8,355 bases of DNA. Source: Octopus sinensis. Taxonomy: Eukaryota. Positions 1 to 6,945 of this stretch are shown here, piece by piece (within the stretch, counting starts at the first letter, position 1; the number at the start of each line of letters is the position of its first letter). The translations under genes were made by a program, and so were the position numbers. The stretch is taken from the NCBI RefSeq assembly GCF_006345805.1, contig NW_021828446.1, positions 1 through 8,355 on the forward strand. The letters run 5' to 3'. The notes below the pieces were generated by a model that was given only the letters and a program-made list of their open reading frames with translations, was not told where the DNA came from and made no database searches.

Positions 1-234
1 AATCAGACCATGTTAACCACCAAACTTATTACGTCCAAAAAGGTGCTTTTTTCTATGAAAATCCCTATTTTTACGATTTTTTTGACTGCTGTGTCTCCAT
101 TTTTCGGTGTATTTCAACCTGAAAATGTTCACTTAAGAGAATAACAAGCTACATAATGCAAAATTTTTTATATTTCAAAAATTCCAATTCTAAAGGGTCG
201 AAACGAACCCGAGCAACGTGGGCAAAACTGCTAG
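1..234 (+). mobile_element. Non-autonomous Helitron, copy 1 (5' part outside the window)
   Basis: Ends in a GC-rich imperfect hairpin CCCGAGCAACGTGGG (208-222) followed shortly by CTAG (231-234) and T, the canonical Helitron 3' end. 1-234 aligns with 386-601 of the next copy. Confidence 0.8.
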
Positions 235-601
235 TATATATATAAAGCTGAAGTTGTCTGTGTGTTGCAGGTTTGGTAGCCTTCAACTAACACTATCTCC
301 TCTGAGACCCTGCAACATAAGTTGACCAAAATTGAGAGTATGATAGAAGAAGGCTTGCTCTTCTTTCTGTAGAAGATAAAATTGAAATCAGACCATGTTA
401 ACACCAAACATTATTTACATCAAAAATCCCTATTTTTTACGATTTTTTGACTGCTGTGTCGCCATTTTTCGGTGTATTTCAACCAGAAAAATGTTCACTT
501 AAAGAGAATAACAAGCTACATAATGCGAAATTTTTACTTTTCAAAAATTCCAATTCTAAAGGGTCGAAACGAACCCGAGCAACGCGGGGCAAAACTGCTA
601 A
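235..601 (+). mobile_element. Non-autonomous Helitron, copy 2 (head-to-tail with copy 1)
   Basis: Starts TATATATATAAAGCTGAAGTTGTCTGTGTGT, matching the 5' end of the Helitron at 6946 but lacking the TC. Ends with hairpin CCCGAGCAACGCGGG (574-588) and CTAA (598-601, fits CTRR) then T. It has a ~20-bp deletion relative to copy 1 near 425. Confidence 0.8.
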
Positions 602-752
602 TTATTGTTATATGTAGATATAAGAAAATTTGTTTTTCTCTGTGTGTGTGTGGATGGATTAGCTTATCCAAGCTTGCAACAATAATATCCTGGAGAGGAT
701 TGTATTTACTTCAATCTGATTTTTATCCAATGTATATAGCATCCTCATCCCA

Positions 753-815
753 TTCTCTTTATCTCTGTCTCTCTCTCTCCCCCTCTCAGTCCCCCCTACC
801 ACCTCCCCCTCTCTC
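753..815. repeat. (CT)n/C-rich polypyrimidine microsatellite
   Basis: Imperfect CT and CCCCT repeats are directly visible. Confidence 0.75.
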
Positions 816-857
816 TAATTCTCTGGTGCAGTCTGTCAGACAAACAGCTGATACACA

Positions 858-930
858 TACTGAATGGAAAAATCTCTACATGGTACTTAATCCTGCTAGA
901 AATAACAGCCAAATTTCTCTAAATCATTCC
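858..930 (+). repeat. Diverged copy of the ~100-bp repeat unit found at 1583-1968
   Basis: CTCTACATGGTAC...CCTGCTAGAAATAACAGCCAAATTTCTCTAAATCA resembles CCTGCTAGAAATAGCCATCAAATCTCTCTCAAATCA (1620-1655) and CCACATGGTAGC (1899-1910). Confidence 0.7.
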
Positions 931-943
931 TTTCTCTTTGTTT

Positions 944-981
944 TGTATGTATGTATGTATGTATGTATGTATGTATGTATA
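944..981. repeat. (TATG)n microsatellite
   Basis: About 9 perfect TGTA units immediately upstream of the SINE. Confidence 0.95.
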
Positions 982-1375
982 GGCGCAGGAGTGGCTGTGT
1001 GGTAAGTAGCTTGCTAACCAACCACATGGTTCCGGGTTCAGTCCCACTGCGTGGCATCTTGGGCGGGCAAGTGTCTTCTGCTATAGCCCCGGGCCGACCA
1101 ATGGCTTGTGAGTGGATTTGGTAGACGGAAACTGAAAGAAGCCCGTCGTATATATGTATATAATATATATATATATATGTAGTGTGTTTTGTGTTTGTCC
1201 CCTTAGCATTGCTTGAACAAGCGATGCTGGTTGTGTTTACGTCCCGTCACTTAGCGGTTCGGCAAAGAGACTGATAGAATAAGTACTGGGCTACAAAGAA
1301 TAAGTCCCGGGGTCGAGTTGCTCGATTAAAGGCGGTGCTCAGATGACCGCAGTCAATGACTGAAACAAGTAAAGA
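982..1375 (+). mobile_element. Full-length tRNA-derived SINE (octopus-type), copy 1
   Basis: tRNA-like head GGCGCAGGAG with Pol III A box TGGCTGTGTGG (992-1002) and B box GGTTCAGTCCC (1035-1045). Central (TA)n/(TG)n microsatellite at ~1148-1195 and A-rich tail. It is colinear end to end with the reverse complement of 5782-6169. The family assignment is from memory. Confidence 0.92.
992..1045 (+). promoter_or_regulatory. Internal RNA Pol III promoter (A and B boxes) of SINE copy 1
   Basis: A-box-like TGGCTGTGTGG and B-box-like GGTTCAGTCCC with a tRNA-like spacing of 32 nt. Confidence 0.75.
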
Positions 1376-1382
1376 AAAAAAA

Positions 1383-1506
1383 TATATATATATGTATGTA
1401 TATATATATATGGTATAATATGTGTATATATATATGCGTATATATGTGTATATATATATATGTGTATATATATATGTGTATATATATATATTATATATAT
1501 ATGTAT

Positions 1507-1538
<32 letters not shown>

Positions 1539-1585
1539 GTATATATATGTATGTATATATATGTATATGTATGTATGTATGTATG
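1383..1585. repeat. Compound (TA)n/(TATG)n microsatellite
   Basis: About 200 bp composed almost entirely of TA/TG dinucleotides. It accounts for the YI/HI-rich ORFs. Confidence 0.95.
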
Positions 1586-1968
1586 AGCCAATGAGTGAAA
1601 CCTTTGCTTGGTAGCTTCACCTGCTAGAAATAGCCATCAAATCTCTCTCAAATCAAACCCTATGTATATGTATGCATGAGCCAATGAGGGAGACCCTACA
1701 ATGGTAGCAGGACATGGTTGAAATAGTAGCCAAATGTCCCTCAAATCACACCCTATATGTATGTAATTATGTGTGCATGAGCCAATGAGGGAGACCCTAC
1801 AATGGTAGCAAGACATGGTTGAAATAGTAGCCAAAAGTCCCTCATATCACACCCTATATGTATGTAATTATGTGTGCATGAGCCAATGAGAGAGATCCCC
1901 ACATGGTAGCTACATGTGGTAGGAATTCTAGCCATATCTGGTTCAGATATCACACCCTGATGTCTTAT
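1583..1968 (+). repeat. Tandem array of four ~100-bp units
   Basis: Units start ATGAGCCAATGAG at 1583, 1676, 1777 and 1878 (periods 93, 101, 101). The two middle units are nearly identical and the outer units are diverged. Confidence 0.92.
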
Positions 1969-2000
1969 ATCTCAGTCACATGTATATGTGGTGGAACATC

Positions 2001-2048
2001 AAGACGTTGTTGTTTGAGGTGCTGTGCAGTGGGATTGAACCGAGAAAC
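2001..2048 (-). mobile_element. Degraded SINE head fragment (B-box region)
   Basis: AAGAC...AGGTGCTGTGCAGTGGGATTGAACCGAGAA resembles AAGACACTTGCCCAAGGTGCCACGCAGTGGGACTGAACCCAGAA in SINE copy 2 (6077-6120). Confidence 0.6.
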
Positions 2049-2308
2049 TCTTGAATGCATTGCTGCGACCCCACCATTGAAGGACTGGACCCAGGTATTG
2101 ATGAAGGACACGTTGATGAGAAGAGCTGTAGATCAGGGTAGACACGGGTGGTGCTGGTACGGATGTAGCTAAACCATTGGAGCAGAGGTTGTTGTAGTAG
2201 TGGTGGAAAAGACCGGAGGAGGAGACACAGTGTTGTCTGTGGGGGTAATGTGGTGGTGGTCATTAGGTAGTGTAGTGTGATGGAAGATGCGTTGTGGTAG
2301 TGGGACTG

Positions 2309-3595
2309 GACATAGTGTATCTAGGACTACATTATCTAATGTGTTCTGTCTTGTCTTAAGATTCTTCATCCTGATTCAGTAGACCTATGATCAAAGACGT
2401 TCCAGCTGTGACCATCCTATCTTTTATTCAGACATAGTGTATCAAGACATTCCAGCTGTGACCATCCTGTCTTTTATTCAGACATAGTGTATCAAGACAT
2501 TCCAGCTGTGACCATCCTGTCTTTTATTCAGACATAGTGTATCAAGACATTCCAGCTGTGACCATCCTGTCTTTTATTCAGACATAGTGTATCTAGGACT
2601 ACATTATCAAATGTGTTCTGTCTTGTCTTAAGAAATATTCTTCATCCTGATCCAGTAGACCTATGATTAAAGACGTTCCAGCTGTGACCATCCTGTCTTT
2701 TATTCTGGCATAGTGTATCTAGGACTACATTATCTAATGTGTTCTGTCTTGTCTTAAGATTCTTCATCCTGATTCAGTAGACCTATGATCAAAGACGTTC
2801 CAGCTGTGACCATCCTATCTTTTATTCAGACATAGTGTATCAAGACATTCCAGCTGTGACCATCTCTTTTATCAGACATAGTGTATCAAGACATTCCAGC
2901 TGTGACCATCCTGTCTTTTATTCAGACATAGTGTATCAAGACATTCCAGCTGTGACCATCCTGTCTTTTATTCAGACATAGTGTATCTAGGACTACATTA
3001 TCAAATGTGTTCTGTCTTGTCTTAAGAAGTATTCTTCATCCTGATCCAGTAGACCTATGATTAAAGACGTTCCAGCTGTGACCATCCTGTCTTTTATTCT
3101 GGCATAGCGTATCTAGGACTACATTATCTAATGTGTTCTGATTCAGTAGACCTATGATCAAAGACGTTCCAGCTGTGACTATCCTGTCTTTTATTCAGAC
3201 ATAGTGTATCAAGACATTCCAGCTGTGACCATCCTGTCTTTTATTCAGACATAGTGTATCTAGGACTACATTATCCAATGTGTTCTGTCTTGTCTTAGGT
3301 ATTCTTCATCCTGATTCAGTAGACCTATGATCAAAGACGTTCCAGCTGTGACCATCCTGTCTTTTATTCAGACATAGTGTATCAAGACGTTCCAGCTGTG
3401 ACCATCCTGTCTTTTATTCAGACATAGTGTATTAAGGACTACATTAACTAATGTGTCCCTCCTTGTTATTGTTCAGCCACAGGCCAGCCCTGATCCAGCA
3501 GACCATGATTAAAGATATTCTGTTAACAAATGCCTTATCTTTTACTCGGGCATAGTCTACCTAGGAGTACACTGTTTAATGTGTTCTTCCTTTGT
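2309..3595. repeat. Minisatellite/satellite array with higher-order structure (long ~122-126-bp and short 50-bp units)
   Basis: All units begin G(A/G)CATAG. Unit starts: L2309, S2431, S2481, S2531, L2581, L2707, S2829 (46 bp), S2875, S2925, L2975, M3101 (97 bp), S3198, L3248, S3371, diverged L3421, partial ~3549. Short unit: GACATAGTGTATCAAGACATTCCAGCTGTGACCATCCTGTCTTTTATTCA. Confidence 0.95.
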
Positions 3596-3654
3596 CGTGT
3601 TGTTTGCATCAGCCAAAGCTTTTTTTTTTTTTTTTTAAATTTTTTTTTACTGTT

Positions 3655-3742
3655 TTCAAGACTGTAATGGGACGATTTGACAAAGATTTAGCTTCTATTT
3701 CTAGCAAATAGTCACCCGATACAGGTTTTTTCATAGGGCTTG
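3655..3742 (-). repeat. Inverted diverged copy of the ~100-bp unit
   Basis: The reverse complement reads AGCCCTATGAAAAAACCTG...TGCTAGAAATAGAAGCTAAATCTTTGTCAAATC, aligning with AGCCAATGAGTGAAACCT...TGCTAGAAATAGCCATCAAATCTCTCTCAAATC (1586-1654). Confidence 0.7.
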
Positions 3743-3762
3743 TTCCTGTTGATGTTCTTACT

Positions 3763-4748
3763 GGTAGTAATGGTGGTGGTGGTGGCGGTGGTGGTGGTGG
3801 TAGAAGATTTGGTGCTGGAATGTGGTGTGCTATGATGGTGGCAGCGGCTAAGGCGGTGGCGGTGGTGGTGGTGGTTTGGAATATCATGCTGTTGTGTGGC
3901 GGCGGCGGCGGTGGTGATGGTGGTGATGGTGGTGGTGGTGGTGGTGGTGGTGGTGGTGGGTGGTGGTGGTGGTGGTGGTGGTGGTGGTGGTGGTGGTGGT
4001 GGTGGTGGTGGTGGTGGTGCCGTTGCCGGCGGTGATAGTAGTTTGGAATGTGGAATACATGTCGGTGGTGGCGTTTGAGCTGTAATTGGAGTTTCCACTG
4101 TGATTGTGAGAGAGGAGTAGTGACAGGTTTACGTTGTGAGTATGGGATTGTGTTTGTGTGTGAATGCCTGGCGGTGGAGGTGGAGGTGGAGGTGGCGGTT
4201 GGTGAGTGCGTTTGTGGTGGTGGTAGTGGTGGTGGTGGTAGTAGTGGTGCTGGTGGTGGTGATTGTGGTGGTAGTGGTGGTAGTGGTGGTGGTGATTGTA
4301 GTGGTAGTGGTGGTAGTGGTGGTGGTGGTGGCGGTAGTGGTAGTGATTGTCGTGGTAGTGGTGGTGGTGGTGGTAGTGGTATGGTGGTGGTGGTAGTGAT
4401 TGTCGTGGTGGTGGTGGTGGTGGTGGTAGTGGTATGGTGGTGGTGGTAGTAGTGGTGCTGGTGGTGGTGATTGTGGTGGTAGTGGTGGTGGTGGTGGTGG
4501 TGGTAGTGATGATTGTCGTGGTGGTGGTGGCGGTAGAGGTAGTGATTGTCGTGGTGGTGGTGGTGGTGGTGGTAGTGATTGTCGTGGTGGTGGTGGTAGT
4601 GGTCGTGGTGGTGGTAGTGATGATTGTCGTGGTAGTGATGATTGTCGTGGTGGTGGTGGTGGTATGGTGGTAGTGGTAGTGATTGTCGTGGTAGTGGTGG
4701 TGGTAGTGATGATTGTCGTGGTGGTGGTAGTGATGGTGGCGGCGGTGG
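3763..4748. repeat. Long (GGT)n-based low-complexity tract with a GTGATTGTCGTGGT minisatellite variant
   Basis: Near-pure (GGT)n at ~3911-4019 and a more complex interruption at ~4040-4170. From ~4214 to 4748 it is GGT/AGT repeats punctuated repeatedly by GATTGTCGTGGT. Confidence 0.93.
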
Positions 4749-5090
4749 ATGTGTGTGGGTGGGTGTGGGTGTCAGTTTTGAGTGAGTGTGTGAGCGAGAT
4801 GTAAATGTAAGTTTGAGTGACAGGTGAAGGTTGTGAGTGTGAGTGCGAACTTACCGCAGAATAATGTGGCTGTGTGTGTGTGTGTGTGTGTGTGTGTTCA
4901 TGAGTGCGTATGTGCCCCTGTGAGTGTGTGTTCGTGTGTTAATGTGTATGTATGTGAATGTATGTGTGTGTTTGTGTCTGTCTTCAACCAGTGGTTGTCA
5001 TAACTAACGTTTGTTTATACGTGTTTATACGTGTATATATATGTGTGTATATATGTGTGTGTGTGTGTGTGTCTGTCTGTTTGTCCGTGT
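4749..5090. repeat. (TG)n/(GAGT)n-rich degenerate microsatellite region
   Basis: Perfect (TG)n at 4871-4896 and ~5054-5072, with degenerate TG/TA repeats between. Confidence 0.85.
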
Positions 5091-5185
5091 GACTTGTAGT
5101 AAAACTGTCACGGTGGTGGTGGGGGGGGTTGTAAACGAGTCTTGAGAGAGACGGCTGTGCCGTTTCTTGTTAAAAAGCTTCGACT

Positions 5186-5705
5186 ACCGCCGCCGCCACA
5201 ACCGCCACCACACCACGTCACCGCCGCAACCACAACCACCAACACCACCACCACCACCACCACCACCACCACGGCGCAAGCACCACCACCGTCACCAACC
5301 GCCACCCCACACAACCACCAACACCACCGCCACCCCCACCACCACGGCGCAAGCACCACCACGTCACCACCGCCACCCCCACCACCACGTCAACACTGCC
5401 ACGCCACCACCACAACGTCACCACCGCCCCAACAACCCCCAGCCCCCCCCACGTCACCACCGCCGTCACCACCACCACCGCCACCACACGTTACCACCGC
5501 CGCCACCCCCCACCCCACGTCACCACCGCCGTCACCACCACCACCGCCACCACATCATCACCACCGCCACCGCCACCACCACGTCAACACTGCCACCGCC
5601 ACCACCACACGTCACCACCGCCGCCACAACCCCCCCACACGTCACCACCGCCGTCACCACATCACCGCCACCACCACGTCACCACTGCCGCCGCCACCAC
5701 CACAA
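5186..5705. repeat. (ACC/GCC)n low-complexity tract with a CACGTCACCACCGCC minisatellite
   Basis: C/A-rich trinucleotide repeats with recurring CACGTCA and duplicated blocks, e.g. CACGGCGCAAGCACCACC at 5270 and 5343, and CACGTCAACACTGCCAC at 5386 and 5580. Confidence 0.93.
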
Positions 5706-5781
5706 CATCACAGTCACTGAAACTAACAACAACGTTTGTCGCTGCTTCGATTTGGCTTCTTTACCTACCGACACACATCCA

Positions 5782-6169
5782 TACTCTTTTACTTGTTTCA
5801 GTCATTTGACTGCGGCCATGCTGGAGCACCGCCTTTAGTCGAGCAACTCAACCCGGGGACTTATTCTTTTGTAAGCCCAGTACTTATTCTATCGGTCTCT
5901 TTTTGCCGAACCGCTAAGTGACGAGGACGTAAACACACCAGCATCGGTTGTCAAGCAATGCTAGGGGAACAAACACAGACACACAAACGTACATATACAT
6001 ATACACGACAAGCTTCTTTCAGTTTCCATCAACCAAATCCACTCAGAAGGCATTGGTCGGCCCGGGGCTATAGCAGAAGACACTTGCCCAAGGTGCCACG
6101 CAGTGGGACTGAACCCAGAACCATGTGGTTGGTTAGAAAGCTACTTACCACACCAGCCACTCCTGCGCC
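5782..6169 (-). mobile_element. Full-length tRNA-derived SINE (octopus-type), copy 2
   Basis: The reverse complement starts GGCGCAGGAGTGGCTGGTGTGGTAAG (A box 6148-6159; B box GGTTCAGTCCC 6105-6115) and ends GACTGAAACAAGTAAAAGAGTA. It is colinear with 982-1375. Confidence 0.93.
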
Positions 6170-6300
6170 CTCACGTAGATACTTTTTTTTGTTTTGTTTC
6201 TTTTTTTTTTGTTGTTTCAATCATTTGACTGCGGCCATGCTGGGGCACAATCTTGGAGAATTTTTAGTCGAATTGATCGACTTCATAACTTAACTTTTGG

Positions 6301-6533
6301 GGTAATACTTGAGAACAGCGGTCCCGGTGCGCGCACTCGCGTAGTCGCGCATCCGCGCTAGCTAGTCGTGACTAGTCGATCGTACAACGACCACCTAGCA
6401 AAGTAAATAGAACACAAAATAAATAATTTTTTAAACTAAGTAAATAACACACAAAAACACAAAGTAAGGATCGACCAGTCATGACTAGCTTGCGCGAGTG
6501 CGCGCACCGGGACCACTGTTCTCAAGTAGGACC
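6301..6533. mobile_element. 233-bp MITE, Mutator/MULE-like (long TIRs, 9-bp TSD)
   Basis: TIRs 6301-6341 and 6493-6533 match at 38/41 nt as reverse complements. Inner IRs 6361-6381 and 6469-6489 match at 19/21, around an A-rich spacer. A perfect 9-bp direct repeat AACTTTTGG flanks it at 6292-6300 and 6534-6542. The superfamily is inferred from TSD length and GG termini. Confidence 0.9.
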
Positions 6534-6584
6534 AACTTTTGGGTCAGTTTTTGTTGTTAAACCCGGTACTTATTCTACTGGTGT

Positions 6585-6843
6585 TGTGGCGTTTCTCGAG
6601 TGAAATTCCTGTCTCCCCTGACGTAGCAGATATCAGCTAACCTTCGGCCGCTATTCGCACCCCGTTGTGTCCACTACTCCGATTGCTTGGCATTGGCGTT
6701 GTCGCTGGAACTGTCTGTGTCTTGTGTGATCAGTGGCTGGACCTTAAAAGGTCTGGAACCAAGACATCGAGACGAGGAGTAGCTGGGGTTTTTTTTATAA
6801 TAAAGGGGAGAGAGGAATTCCACTCGAGTGTACGTACGCTACA
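6585..6843 (+). mobile_element. 259-bp TG...CA insertion: solo-LTR-like element (alternatively a TIR MITE)
   Basis: Termini TGTGGCGT...ACGCTACA (7/8 inverted match). Flanks GTGT (6581-6584) and GTCT (6844-6847) form a 4-bp TSD with one mismatch. Subterminal IRs 6595-6619 and 6804-6828 match at 23/25. AATAAA lies at 6799-6804. SINE sequence resumes on both sides. The strand is tentative. Confidence 0.7.
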
Positions 6844-6945
6844 GTCTGTTTGGCGGAACTGTTAAGTGACGGTGAATTAAACACACCGACACCGGTTGTC
6901 GAGCGGTGGTAGGGAACAAAACATGCACAAAGACACACACACATA

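Noticed and set aside
472-1005. 177-aa ORF
   Set aside because: It starts at GTG and runs through a Helitron end, CT and TATG microsatellites and a SINE head, with no recognisable domain.
982-1055. tRNA gene
   Set aside because: A and B boxes are present, but there is no convincing cloverleaf and the sequence continues into a SINE body that is repeated at 5782-6169.
1247-1953. YI/HI-rich ORFs and duplicated short ORFs
   Set aside because: These are translations of the (TA)n/(TATG)n microsatellite and the 101-bp tandem units.
2309-3595. CRISPR-like array of recurring repeats
   Set aside because: The intervening sequences are themselves repeated rather than unique spacers, short units abut directly, no cas genes are present and the context is eukaryotic.
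3609-4770. Pro/Thr/His-rich minus-strand and Gly/Val/Trp-rich plus-strand ORFs (extensin-, formin- or mucin-like)
   Set aside because: (GGT)n composition leaves several frames open at once. The frames shift within the tract and end in an inverted repeat copy. A low-complexity exon cannot be excluded without RNA-seq, but nothing supports one.
5108-5838. Overlapping Pro/His/Thr-rich ORFs of up to 223 aa
   Set aside because: The ACC-repeat tract lacks stops by composition, the starts are mostly non-ATG and one ORF runs into a SINE.
5770-6182. Target-site duplication around SINE copy 2
   Set aside because: No convincing direct repeat is visible in the flanks.
5736-6293. ORFs of 61 and 111 aa
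   Set aside because: They are antisense readings of SINE sequence.
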